From the NCBI GenBank assembly GCA_905182635.1, contig CAJJCM010000002.1:1-46651 (forward strand): DNA of 46,651 nucleotides, read 5' to 3'. Positions within the stretch are counted from its first letter, which is position 1, and each line of letters opens with the position of its first letter. Of this stretch, positions 32,596-42,579 are shown one piece after another. A program made the position numbers and the translations under genes. The notes under the pieces are model-generated. The model had not been told where the DNA came from and did not search any database. It saw only the letters and a list, made by a program, of their open reading frames with translations. This DNA comes from an uncultured Candidatus Poseidoniales archaeon. Lineage in GTDB: Archaea; Thermoplasmatota; Poseidoniia; Poseidoniales; Poseidoniaceae.

Positions 32596-33579
32596 GTGGC
32601 CAGTGTTGAGTTGAAAGCCAGTGACCGCCTCGAAACAATGAGGTTTTTGGTCGATGCCGAGCTTGAGGCGTTGATTGAAAATGAAATCAAGAACGGCTCG
32701 GGACAAGTTGCTGAACTGTGTGGCTCAGTACTCCTTGCAGGTGGTAAACGCCTTCGCCCATTATTGATTCTCCTGGCCCATGAAATCGCTGGAGGTACTG
32801 ATGTCGAGGAGATTATGCCGCTTGCACTGGCATCTGAAATGATTCACACAGCAACCTTAGTCCATGATGATATCAATGATGAAGCCTCACATCGACGAGG
32901 AATCGAAACAATTCATTCTCGAGTCGGTCTTCCAAAAGCTGTAATTGCTGGTGATTGGTTATTTACACAAGGTTTCGCACTTGGTGGGCAATATGATGAA
33001 CGAATTGTCCGTATCTTAGCCCAATATTGTGCTGACCTTGCAGTTTCAGAATTCGAACAACTTGACCATGTTCTTGACCTTACGACTTCTCCCGAGGATT
33101 ATCTCAGTATTGTTCGAGGAAAAACGGCTGGACCTTTTGCAGCTGGGTGCTATGCTGCGGGCTTAGTAGCGGGACTTTCTGAAGAGCAAGCATCTTCGCT
33201 CAAATGTTTTGGAATGGAACTCGGAATCGCCTTCCAATTGGTCGATGATTTACTTGACTTACGAGGTGATGAACGAATGGGTAAACCCAGAGGAGCGGAC
33301 GTCATTGAAGGGAAAATGACACTCCCCTTGATTCATGCATTGACTCTTTCCCACGGTGAAAAGCGACAACGTCTCGCCTACATCATAGAAAATTTTACCG
33401 ATGATTCGTTTGATGAATTGATGGTGTTGCTCAATCATTCTGGCAGTTTGCATTATGCAGAAATATTAGTGAGTACTCATTTAGAACGAGCAATCGCAGC
33501 ACTCGAAATTTTTCCAGAAAGCGATGCAAAGAGATTGATGTTCCATGTCACTGATTATGTCATGCGTCGACATGTGTGA
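32596..33579 (+). CDS. trans-Polyprenyl diphosphate synthase (IdsA/IspB family)
   Basis: GGKRLRP, HTATLVHDDIND...RRG (FARM), KTA, FQLVDDLLD (SARM), GKPRGADVIEGKMTLP. Confidence 0.95.
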   Translation: MASVELKASDRLETMRFLVDAELEALIENEIKNGSGQVAELCGSVLLAGGKRLRPLLILLAHEIAGGTDVEEIMPLALASEMIHTATLVHDDINDEASHRRGIETIHSRVGLPKAVIAGDWLFTQGFALGGQYDERIVRILAQYCADLAVSEFEQLDHVLDLTTSPEDYLSIVRGKTAGPFAAGCYAAGLVAGLSEEQASSLKCFGMELGIAFQLVDDLLDLRGDERMGKPRGADVIEGKMTLPLIHALTLSHGEKRQRLAYIIENFTDDSFDELMVLLNHSGSLHYAEILVSTHLERAIAALEIFPESDAKRLMFHVTDYVMRRHV

Positions 33580-33587
33580 GGGATTAT

Positions 33588-34733
33588 ATGGCTCGTAAAG
33601 AGGTCGAACATCGCCAAGTGATCGTCATTGGTGCAGGGCCTGCAGGTTCCGCATGTGCGCAACGACTTGCTGAAGATGGCATTGATGTTCTGATGTTAGA
33701 ACGTAGAGAGATTGTTGGAAACCCTGCTCAATGCGGTGAATGTATACCGAATTGGGGTGAGGTTGTTGGTACTTTTTCTCATCTTGATGACCATCAATGG
33801 CTAAAAGATTATTTTGAATTCCCTGACCGTTTAAGACTTCATGATCTTGATAATATGCGAGTCTTCCTTCCTTCGGGAAAAGCCTACCATTTCGATTTGG
33901 ATGCTTTCGCAGGTCATCGTTTACACTTTGATGGATTCCTTTGTGACAAGGCGATTAACGCTGGTGCTGAGATTCATACCGGTGAAGCACTGACTCGGAT
34001 TCAACACCAATCAAAACTTGACCGAGACCTTTTGATTACGAGCCATGGCCGGTATTCGTTTGATTTCTTGATTGATGCAAGTGGTTCATTGGCACATGTT
34101 GCTCGGCTACGCCATGGTGGCGATGAACGCTATAGACCAAAAGACCAAGTTCCTACTGTCTATGCTCAAGTCCAGGGAAAAGTACCAGAAACCTTTGATG
34201 TATTTTTGGGTTCAGTTGCCCCCTCTGGCTATGCGTGGATTATTCCAAAGGGTCCAGACACTGCAAATGTTGGTATTGGAGTGCGTGCAGGATATTTGGA
34301 AGGTAATTTGAAAGACCATTTGATTGAATTTTGTGCCTCTTTAGATTTTGAAATACTTTCTTGGGGTGGAGGCTGGATTCCGATGGGTGGTCCAGTGAAA
34401 ACAATGGTTGATGGAACAACATTGGCTGTTGGTGATGCGGCTGGACTCGTCATGCCAAGTAACGGTGGCGGTATTTCTCAAGCGATTATTTCTGGATGTT
34501 TTGCAGCAGAAGCGATTCTTGACAATCTTCGAGATGGAGCGTCTTTGACCATGTATGAGACTCGAGTTCGGGCCTCGATGGGGAGGGCGTTGAAGAATTC
34601 CCTTCGTTCCAAGAATATGGGCTATGCGTTCTTCAAAGGGGACTTGGTTACAGAAGCGTTGTTGAGAATCCTTGGTCCAATCGGTGGAATCAAACGAGCC
34701 ATGGAGTGCGATAAGCCGATGTGGCTTTTCTGA
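33588..34733 (+). CDS. Geranylgeranyl reductase family flavoprotein
   Basis: VIGAGPAG, CGEC, APSGYAWIIPKG (PxxYxWxFP-like), ANVGIG, VGDAAGLVMPSNGGGI. Confidence 0.92.
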   Translation: MARKEVEHRQVIVIGAGPAGSACAQRLAEDGIDVLMLERREIVGNPAQCGECIPNWGEVVGTFSHLDDHQWLKDYFEFPDRLRLHDLDNMRVFLPSGKAYHFDLDAFAGHRLHFDGFLCDKAINAGAEIHTGEALTRIQHQSKLDRDLLITSHGRYSFDFLIDASGSLAHVARLRHGGDERYRPKDQVPTVYAQVQGKVPETFDVFLGSVAPSGYAWIIPKGPDTANVGIGVRAGYLEGNLKDHLIEFCASLDFEILSWGGGWIPMGGPVKTMVDGTTLAVGDAAGLVMPSNGGGISQAIISGCFAAEAILDNLRDGASLTMYETRVRASMGRALKNSLRSKNMGYAFFKGDLVTEALLRILGPIGGIKRAMECDKPMWLF

Positions 34734-34807
34734 AAGGGCGCAAAAGGGGTATTCTGACCTTCTTTTGAAACGGTTGGTTCAAGTCCTATCGATACTTCAG
34801 TCGTTTC

Positions 34808-35305
34808 ATGCGCAATGTGCGGAGGTCACTTGACAATGAGGCAGTCAGCCCCGTTATCGCCACCGTATTGCTGCTTGCAATCACAGTTATGCTTTCGAGC
34901 ATGGTCTTCGTTTTGATGCAAGGTACACTTACCACGACTGAGAAACCACCTGCACAAGCGACCGTCAGTGTTCGTGGATTGTCAAACGGTTTCCACGTGA
35001 TTCGTATGACGTCTCTAGACCAAACAATAGACCCAGCTAAGATTCAATATGACCTTTATCCGGAGAATTTAGATGACGGTGACCCGATTCGTGGTACAGT
35101 CAGTGACTCGAATGTCTATGGGTTGATTGGAGCCAACGTTTCTTTCCATGATCGTGATGCAGGTTATTCTGTGAGTCAAGGTGATTATTTTGTCATCGAC
35201 TCGACGACGGTAGGCTCTGATTCAGGCACCTGGCGATTCAAACTCGTTGATTTATCCACCAATTCGGTAATGATTGATGTTATTTTACCGCCGATAGAAA
35301 TTTAG
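34808..35305 (+). CDS. Archaeal type IV pilin (Pilin_N, class III signal peptide)
   Basis: Short charged leader, then EA/VSPVIATVLLLAITVMLSSMVF. Confidence 0.9.
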   Translation: MRNVRRSLDNEAVSPVIATVLLLAITVMLSSMVFVLMQGTLTTTEKPPAQATVSVRGLSNGFHVIRMTSLDQTIDPAKIQYDLYPENLDDGDPIRGTVSDSNVYGLIGANVSFHDRDAGYSVSQGDYFVIDSTTVGSDSGTWRFKLVDLSTNSVMIDVILPPIEI

Positions 35306-36310
35306 TTAGCCACCGATGAATGACATCTCTACGGGATGTCTTGTTTCTTTGAGTTGAGTTCTCAATTCTGAATACCGGTCTTCTCGATGTAGCCAGATAT
35401 CTCGAATAATCGTTGCAATCTCTTGTTCATCCGCACCAAAGCGAAGGATTCCACGTAAGTCAAATCCTTGTTCTGAAAATAAGCATGTGTAGATTGAACC
35501 ATGTGCAGAAAGGCGTGCACGAGAACAATCCCCGCAAAACGGTTTGGTCACCGATTCGATGAAACCAACGGTTGAACCATCAACGAGGCGCCATAATCGG
35601 GCAACATCAGAGGGGTGAGCAGCAGCTCTTGGTTCAAGTGGTCCGAAATGGTCTCGTAGAACCTCCCTCATCTCTTGTCCACTCATTACCGAATCGAGGT
35701 TCCAATTATTAGTGGTTCCAACATCCATGAATTCAATGAACCGGACGATTATGTTGCGTTCGCTACAGGCTTTTGTTAAAGGGACTATTTGAGACTCATT
35801 GACGCCTTTTTTGACGACGCAATTGACTTTAACTGGTAAGCCAATCTTTTGAGCAACATCAATTCCCTTGAAGACATCTTCAGGCGAACTTTTACTGTCT
35901 GTAATCGTTTGAAATAATTCTGTATGCACAGCATCAAGGCTAACGGTGATTCGGTTGAGACCACTTTTGAACAGTATCTCTGCATGACGTTCAAGCAGCA
36001 CACCGTTGGTGGTTAATGCGATATCAAGTTCAGAATCAAGGTCACGTAGTAAAGCGATAAAGACATGTAAATCTCTTCGAAGAAGTGGCTCTCCACCGGT
36101 GATTCTGACTTTTGAAAGCCCCAAAGGGAGCAACGATGCAACCACACTTGTCATTTCTTCGTAACTCAAAATCTCCTCTTTTGCCAAAAAAACATGCTCA
36201 GGACCAAAGTTTTCTCTCGGCATACAATATGTGCATCGGAAATTGCATCGGTCAGTGATGGAGATTCGAAGGTCCCTCAATGGGCGACCGAGTGAATCCT
36301 GCAACGACAT
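35306..36310 (-). CDS. moaA: GTP 3',8-cyclase (molybdenum cofactor biosynthesis radical SAM enzyme)
   Basis: LRISITDRCNFRCTYCMP, TGGEPLLR, RFIEFMDVG, FCGDCSRARL...TCLF, C-terminal MSFIGG. ATG 36310. Confidence 0.96.
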   Translation of the reverse strand: MSLQDSLGRPLRDLRISITDRCNFRCTYCMPRENFGPEHVFLAKEEILSYEEMTSVVASLLPLGLSKVRITGGEPLLRRDLHVFIALLRDLDSELDIALTTNGVLLERHAEILFKSGLNRITVSLDAVHTELFQTITDSKSSPEDVFKGIDVAQKIGLPVKVNCVVKKGVNESQIVPLTKACSERNIIVRFIEFMDVGTTNNWNLDSVMSGQEMREVLRDHFGPLEPRAAAHPSDVARLWRLVDGSTVGFIESVTKPFCGDCSRARLSAHGSIYTCLFSEQGFDLRGILRFGADEQEIATIIRDIWLHREDRYSELRTQLKETRHPVEMSFIGG

Positions 36311-36366
36311 AGTGCAGGCTATGCGACTGAGGCTTTTTATTCTGTGTTGCAAGGGTTGATGGGTGC

Positions 36367-37818
36367 TTGGAGTCTGGGACCATCATGGGGAGAGGTTGGG
36401 TGAAGCGTTGGACCTCATCTGGCAAAGATCACCGACGTAACGACCTTCGTATTCTTCGAATCACGCCGAGGTCGAATTCGACTCCGATTCAATGGCGGTT
36501 ACCGCCTTCAAAGAGCCACTTAATTCGTGCACTTGCTTTGTTTTCTCAGACCCAACAACACGTCACATTGGAGAACGTCGCCTCTGCAGGTGACGATGTG
36601 AGGGCAATGCGTTGCAGCCTTGCGCAAATGGGTGTTCATTTCGATGACTATGACCGTGAAGGTCAGTTACTTCAGCAAAAGAATCCGATGGACCTTGGCC
36701 CACACCCCAATTCGGTACAGTGGGTCCTTACCGGTGTCGGTCCGTTCGGTTTCAAACGTCCAGCCAGCGTACTCAATGCTGCGAATTCAGGCACAGCCCT
36801 CCGGTTTTTAGCAGGTATTGCAGCCCGAATGGAAGGTCCAATCATGTTGGATGGTGACCATTCACTGCGTCAGAGAGACTCTGATGCCCTGTGGGATTCG
36901 CTCAAACAGGCTGGGGTAGAGGTCTCGATTGGCCAAGGAAAAGAACGTTTACCTGTACTTCTCAGTGGTCCTTGGAAAAAGGAGAAACTTGAACAAGGCA
37001 TCGAACTTGACATCACCCGTTCAAGCCAACCGCTTTCGTCATGGATGCTGGCATCCGCAGCACTTCCAGTGGACATACAACTCAACCTTCAGGGTAAAGG
37101 TGTCTCAAACCGTCATTCAAAATTGACGGCTGAAATGATTCATCTCACCGGTGGAAAGGTTGAACTGGAAGGCGGCCAGTGTATGCTTTCACCTTGGGAA
37201 CCATCGTTCGAGGGGACCTACACGGTCCCTGGTGATGCTTCAATGGCTTCGTTTGCATTCTTGGCGACTCATTGCCTCGATGCAGAAGTAGAACTCCACG
37301 GTTGGCCGGGCGATGAACAAGCCATCGGGCATGAACTTCTTTCCAAATACGCTATAGAATGTGGCATTAAGTGGGATGGTGACCTGTTAAAAAGTATTGG
37401 TTCAACCCTCCCAGTTACGTTGGATGTCATCGATTCAAATGACATTCTACCCCCTCTTGCTGCATTGCTTTCACTAGGGCCTGGTGGGCGAATCAGCGGA
37501 GCTGCACATGCGGTTCACAAAGAGAGTGACCGCTTATCTCGAACAGTAGAATTGCTCAGTTTCTTTGGAATTCACGCAACCTTGCACGATGATGGAATCG
37601 AAGTCGAAGGCAATCAAAAGCCAACCATGCCCCAACAACCAGTGCCGACATTCAACGACCATCGTTTATTCATGACAGCAGTACTTCTTGCCTCAAAAAC
37701 AGGTGGTGAAGTGATTGGACATACACTTCATCATGTTGCTGATGAAGCCTTTGTGCAGCGTTTACAAGAGGCTGGTGTTCAAATTGAAGCGACTACAACA
37801 CCCTCGCTTGCTGATTAA
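36367..37818 (+). CDS. aroA: 3-phosphoshikimate 1-carboxyvinyltransferase (EPSP synthase), divergent
   Basis: PPSKSHLIRAL, NSGTALRF, SSQ, PGDAS, KESDRL, DHRLFM. Exact start uncertain. Confidence 0.88.
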   Translation: MESGTIMGRGWVKRWTSSGKDHRRNDLRILRITPRSNSTPIQWRLPPSKSHLIRALALFSQTQQHVTLENVASAGDDVRAMRCSLAQMGVHFDDYDREGQLLQQKNPMDLGPHPNSVQWVLTGVGPFGFKRPASVLNAANSGTALRFLAGIAARMEGPIMLDGDHSLRQRDSDALWDSLKQAGVEVSIGQGKERLPVLLSGPWKKEKLEQGIELDITRSSQPLSSWMLASAALPVDIQLNLQGKGVSNRHSKLTAEMIHLTGGKVELEGGQCMLSPWEPSFEGTYTVPGDASMASFAFLATHCLDAEVELHGWPGDEQAIGHELLSKYAIECGIKWDGDLLKSIGSTLPVTLDVIDSNDILPPLAALLSLGPGGRISGAAHAVHKESDRLSRTVELLSFFGIHATLHDDGIEVEGNQKPTMPQQPVPTFNDHRLFMTAVLLASKTGGEVIGHTLHHVADEAFVQRLQEAGVQIEATTTPSLAD

Positions 37819-39839
37819 CCGTGACGGCCAAAATGGTGGTCGAGAGAATCTAAAGGAAGTCGTAATGCGGTCGGACGCCCATGTACGCAAGCCCATGGAT
37901 TGGTGATACGTCGCATGTCATCGACCAATCTCCGCATTTCAGGTAAAGTCAACTTTTCATTCGCTTTGACTGCACCTCGGCATGCATTGAGAAATGCGAG
38001 GTGGTCTTTTCGTCGGTCAACCGTTTCCAGTGGTGCTCCATCTTCGGCGGTGTCTTGCAGTAAGTCGAGTAGAAATGGAATCAATTCTTCACCCGCCAGC
38101 AAGTGAGGTGCGGCGTCAATCACCCATCCATTGTCATTTTCACGCAACGAAAACCCAACATCACTCAACGTATCCACCGCTGCAGACATTCGTGCTGATT
38201 GGCGGGCATCGAGGTCGAGTTGAATCGGTTCAAGTTTGGTTTGACTCTCCCACAATGAGGCATCGTGCCGCAAACGTTCGTATCGAATACGCTCATGGAG
38301 TGCATGTTGGTCGATCAACAGCAATTCACCTTCGGCTTGAACTAAGATGTAAGAATCTGCGAATTGAGCCAAAGGTTCCATTTCAGGTAATTCATTGATT
38401 ATGCCAGTGAGAGGTTGTTCCTCATTCGGAGAACTTCGATGCCCACAGCCTGCATGACGATGAAGGGTCCTTTCAGCAGGTGATAATGCCGGAGCGGTTG
38501 GTTTCTCATCCATTCCAGGTAATGTTTCTTGGGCTTCTGGAGCCGTTGATTGGGGGCGCTTCTTTTCAACAGACTCAAGTTCAGTTGCTTCTTTTCCATG
38601 AAGATTCAATTGCGCACCTGCAGCAATTGCCCATGCTGGAGGTGCTTCGATTTTCGATTCATTGGGAAGCACAAGGGCAGGAGCGCCTGCAGCCGCGTCC
38701 AATGGGTTGACTGAAGGCGTATCTACAGCAGAAAGGTGTTCTTGAATCGAAGTCACTTTCTGCATGCCAAGGCCTTGTAGCCCGGGAATGCCACCGGCAG
38801 CATCAGGTTGAGTCGGGACGGATTCAAGTGTGTGAGCGATGGCACGTTCAAGACGCTCCAATACACGCCAGGAATGGCGAAGACGAACTTCTCGCTTGGT
38901 AGGGTGGACGTTAACATCGACTTCTTCGGGTGGTAAAGTCAGTGAGAGGACGGCAATGGGGTGTCTTCCTTGCATCAATCGGGTGCGGTAACCTCGGCGT
39001 ATGGCTTGAAGGAACGGTCCTGCAGCAACGGGGCGTCCATTGATGAGAATATGGATGTCATCGCCTTTACCTCGGGTGATATCTGGCGTACTGATCCATC
39101 CACTCCACCGTTCTTGACCCGGTGCTTCAGCATCGTTTCCAGGTGGGGTTATTTCGAGCATTGACTCAACTTGGCCACCGAGTAAGTCGAAGAGCCTGTC
39201 CATCATAGATTCAGCCGGAGGAATGTCGAGCATGACTCGTTCATCGATGACCAGGCGGAATCCAGTGAATTGGTGGGCCATTGCATGTGCTACGACCACA
39301 TCGACGACTCGAGCGTTTTCAGTGGCAGGGCGTCGCTGGAATGCCAAACGGGCGGGAGTATTACGGAACAGGTGCTCGACATCAACACGGGTGCCATGTT
39401 GCATGCCAAAAGGTTCTACAAGCCCTTTTTCACCGTTCTTCATCGCTATTGATTTTCCTTCTTTTCCCTTGGGGCGACTTGAAATTGAGAGATGAGATAC
39501 CATGCCGATACTCGCCAAAGCCTCACCGCGGAATCCGAGCGTATGAATCGAATTCAAATCCTCGGCCTTTTGCAATTTTGAGGTTGCATGTCGGTCCAAT
39601 GCTAAACGCAAATCTTGTTCATCGATTCCGTTTCCATCATCTTCAATACGAATCAGGTCAAAACCTCCACGCTCAACGGTAATTACAAGACGAGTAGCAC
39701 CTGCATCAAGGCTGTTTTCAAGCAATTCTTTGACCACTTGTGCTGGTCGTTCAACGACTTCTCCAGCTGCAATATGCCCGATGGTTTTTTCATCAAGTTG
39801 TTGAATTCTGTTCGGTTCAGACATCATGTGTTCCTCCAA
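37815..39839 (-). CDS. mutL: DNA mismatch repair endonuclease MutL
   Basis: IAAGEVVERPAQVVKELLENSLDAGA, TLGFRGEALASI, VDVNVHPTKREV, endonuclease motif DQHALHERIRYE, ACR, CVHGRP. Confidence 0.97.
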   Translation of the reverse strand: MEEHMMSEPNRIQQLDEKTIGHIAAGEVVERPAQVVKELLENSLDAGATRLVITVERGGFDLIRIEDDGNGIDEQDLRLALDRHATSKLQKAEDLNSIHTLGFRGEALASIGMVSHLSISSRPKGKEGKSIAMKNGEKGLVEPFGMQHGTRVDVEHLFRNTPARLAFQRRPATENARVVDVVVAHAMAHQFTGFRLVIDERVMLDIPPAESMMDRLFDLLGGQVESMLEITPPGNDAEAPGQERWSGWISTPDITRGKGDDIHILINGRPVAAGPFLQAIRRGYRTRLMQGRHPIAVLSLTLPPEEVDVNVHPTKREVRLRHSWRVLERLERAIAHTLESVPTQPDAAGGIPGLQGLGMQKVTSIQEHLSAVDTPSVNPLDAAAGAPALVLPNESKIEAPPAWAIAAGAQLNLHGKEATELESVEKKRPQSTAPEAQETLPGMDEKPTAPALSPAERTLHRHAGCGHRSSPNEEQPLTGIINELPEMEPLAQFADSYILVQAEGELLLIDQHALHERIRYERLRHDASLWESQTKLEPIQLDLDARQSARMSAAVDTLSDVGFSLRENDNGWVIDAAPHLLAGEELIPFLLDLLQDTAEDGAPLETVDRRKDHLAFLNACRGAVKANEKLTLPEMRRLVDDMRRITNPWACVHGRPTALRLPLDSLDHHFGRHG

Positions 39840-42471
39840 GCATTTTCTTTAGTCTGTAGAGTGCTTCATGTGCTTGTCGTGGCGAAAGTTCATCAGCATC
39901 GATCTGTGAAAGATAAGCCAGCGTTTCTTTCTCTTCGGAACTGATGCTCGGCACAGGTTGCGTCGTTCCATTTTTTTGTGTCAGGGCGGCTGCAGCAAAA
40001 TATCCCATCAAACTGGATTGACCATCAGCACGAGCAGAAGGTGTTCCCGACTCTCCTGCCTTGGCGCCGTGGGCTTGTTGTTCTAGGAACGCAAGAAGGT
40101 CACTTGCCCGTTCGACAACCGGGCGTGGTAATCCCGCTAAAGCGGCGACTTGCACTCCATATGAATCGTCACATGGCCCATCTGCAACCGTGTGAAGGAA
40201 TCGAAGTTCGCCGTCTGCTTGCGCCACTTGAACATGGACATTGACCAACCCATCGACTTCGCCTTCCAAGCCAATCAATTGATGATAATGAGTGGCGAAT
40301 AAAGTGCGCGAGCCAATTCTCTTACAGATGTCTTCAGTCACTGACCAGGCGATTGACAAACCATCAAATGTTGAAGTTCCACGACCAATTTCATCGAGTA
40401 AAACGAGAGATTGCGAAGTTGCTCTCCGAAGAATGTGTGCGACTTCAATCATTTCCATCATGAAGGTTGAACGTCCACGACGCAGGTCATCACTTGCTCC
40501 AACTCGAGTAAATATACGATCGACTAATCCAATTCTTGCTTTCTTAGCAGGGACAAAACTTCCGGTTTGGGCAAGAATAGTCAGCAGCGCAGTTGTCCGA
40601 AGGTAGGTCGATTTACCACCCATATTCGGTCCAGTAATCAATAGGAAGTTCCGTTTCTTTTGCATTTGAATATCATTGGGGACAAATCCAGATTGCATTT
40701 CGAGGGCTGGGTGTCGGGCCCCCTCCACCTTGAAGTGGTGACCGTCGGTTAATTCTGGTCGAGTCCATGAACGGGAGCGTGCGATAGAGGCAAAACATTG
40801 GAGGACGTCGATTGCAGCAACCCGACCAGCAATATTCGCCAGTGCTTGTGCATGTATTCGACTCCGCTCACGCAGAGAAGTAAATTCGCGATATTCCAAC
40901 TCTTTGACCTTGGTATCAGCAGTGAGCAATAGGTCGTCTCTTTGTGACAATTCCTCAGTCACGTATCGTGAACCATTGGTCATCTGTTGCTTTCTGCGCC
41001 ATTCTTCGGGAACTTTTACTTCATTGGATTTGGTCACTTCGATAAACCAACCAATTTGTCGATTCATTCGTACTTTCAGAGAAGGTATCTCCAATTCAGC
41101 ACGTAACTTGGATTCTAAATCACTGAACCACGAATGTCCGGATGCTGAAGTCTCTCGGAGTTCATCAATCGCCGAATGTAAGCCAGGGCGGATCAATGAG
41201 CCATCACGAATACTGAGAGGTGGTTCATCGACGAGTGTTCGGCGAATATCTTCTGCAAGGTCGCTCAAGGCATCTAATTCATGAGAAAGGTGTCCTAAGA
41301 GTGGATTTTCAGTTTCGTTGCAGAGGTTGATGATTGCCGGCATACGTTCCAAGGCATCGGAAACGGCCAGTAAGTCGCGACCGTTTGAACGGTTATAGGC
41401 GAGTTGAGTTGCCAAACGTTCCATATCTCGAAGTCCACGGAGCGCTTCTCGTATCCCATCAAGGCGTCGAGCAGAACGCGAAAGTGAACCAACTGCTTCA
41501 TGGCGAGCACTGATCGCTTCAAGATTGCAAAGTGGCCGTAGAATCCAAGTTTTCAACAATCTTCTTCCCATCGAACTCCGGCATGCATTCAATGTTGAAA
41601 GTAGGCTGCCTTCGAATTCACCAGCAAGTGTCGATGTTAATTCCAAGTTCCTCAAAGTTGTTTGGTCCAGTACCAGGTGTCCAGATTCATCGATGATTTC
41701 GATCTCACGAAGTGGAATCTCATCAGCAATATGCATGGTCGCAAGATAGTCAGCGGCTAAACCAGCAGCCGCCAAAGCAAGTGGGGCGTCATCTAAATCC
41801 AAATGCCCTAAATCAGCGACTTTGAGGACTTTTTCAAGTCGATCCCTGCGTTTATTTTCACTGGCTCTGTGCTGACTGATGAGCACGCTATCGAGGTGTG
41901 AGAAGAGGGCGCACAAGGCAGTATCTTCAGCATCTTGAGGTGAAACTACGATTTCAGTTGGTCGCCAACGCATGATTTCATCCAGTGCTCGAGCAAATCG
42001 ATCTTCGCCATTCAAGTGTGATGCCCATGCCTGTCCTGTAGACGCGTCGACAATGCCGAGGCCAAGTGCAGACTTTCCAAGTGTTACAGATACCAAGAGG
42101 GAACGTTCATCTGTACCGAGTAATGATTCCTCATACAAACTTCCTGGGGTGTAGACTCTCGCAACGATACGTTCCAGTAACTTCGCCCCTTCTCTGAGTT
42201 CTTGTTCTTGCTCTGCCACAGTGACTTTGTGTCCTGCTTTGAGCATCACCCGTATATTATCTTCAAGTGCATGCCAAGGGAATCCAGCCATTTGAATCGG
42301 CTTATCGGCTTTTTTATCACGTGAAGTTAATGCGAGACCGAGGACTTCAGAACCAACCACAGCATCCTCGTGAAACAATTCATAGAAGTCACCCATACGA
42401 AAGAAAAGAATAGTGTCGGGATGTTCCTCCTTGATGTCCATAAATTGGTCCATCATCCCCCTTTTTTCCAT
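39817..42471 (-). CDS. mutS: DNA mismatch repair protein MutS (MutS1)
   Basis: FRMGDFYELF, TGPNMGGKSTYLR, STFMMEM, DEIGRGTST, FATHYHQL, SYGVQVA. Overlaps the mutL start. Confidence 0.97.
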   Translation of the reverse strand: MEKRGMMDQFMDIKEEHPDTILFFRMGDFYELFHEDAVVGSEVLGLALTSRDKKADKPIQMAGFPWHALEDNIRVMLKAGHKVTVAEQEQELREGAKLLERIVARVYTPGSLYEESLLGTDERSLLVSVTLGKSALGLGIVDASTGQAWASHLNGEDRFARALDEIMRWRPTEIVVSPQDAEDTALCALFSHLDSVLISQHRASENKRRDRLEKVLKVADLGHLDLDDAPLALAAAGLAADYLATMHIADEIPLREIEIIDESGHLVLDQTTLRNLELTSTLAGEFEGSLLSTLNACRSSMGRRLLKTWILRPLCNLEAISARHEAVGSLSRSARRLDGIREALRGLRDMERLATQLAYNRSNGRDLLAVSDALERMPAIINLCNETENPLLGHLSHELDALSDLAEDIRRTLVDEPPLSIRDGSLIRPGLHSAIDELRETSASGHSWFSDLESKLRAELEIPSLKVRMNRQIGWFIEVTKSNEVKVPEEWRRKQQMTNGSRYVTEELSQRDDLLLTADTKVKELEYREFTSLRERSRIHAQALANIAGRVAAIDVLQCFASIARSRSWTRPELTDGHHFKVEGARHPALEMQSGFVPNDIQMQKKRNFLLITGPNMGGKSTYLRTTALLTILAQTGSFVPAKKARIGLVDRIFTRVGASDDLRRGRSTFMMEMIEVAHILRRATSQSLVLLDEIGRGTSTFDGLSIAWSVTEDICKRIGSRTLFATHYHQLIGLEGEVDGLVNVHVQVAQADGELRFLHTVADGPCDDSYGVQVAALAGLPRPVVERASDLLAFLEQQAHGAKAGESGTPSARADGQSSLMGYFAAAALTQKNGTTQPVPSISSEEKETLAYLSQIDADELSPRQAHEALYRLKKMLGGTHDV

Positions 42472-42579
42472 GCACAATACACTCCTTGCTCTCGCTGGAG
42501 TTTACTGTCATTGCCGAGAGCACATGAAGGTTCTCGCGCAGGCTTGAAAGAACAGTTGTTTTCAAGCGTTAAGCGTGAA

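Noticed and set aside
32518-32706. Apparent head-to-head overlap of the HemC-like ORF with the prenyl synthase
   Set aside because: An SD-supported start at 32517/32514 removes the overlap.
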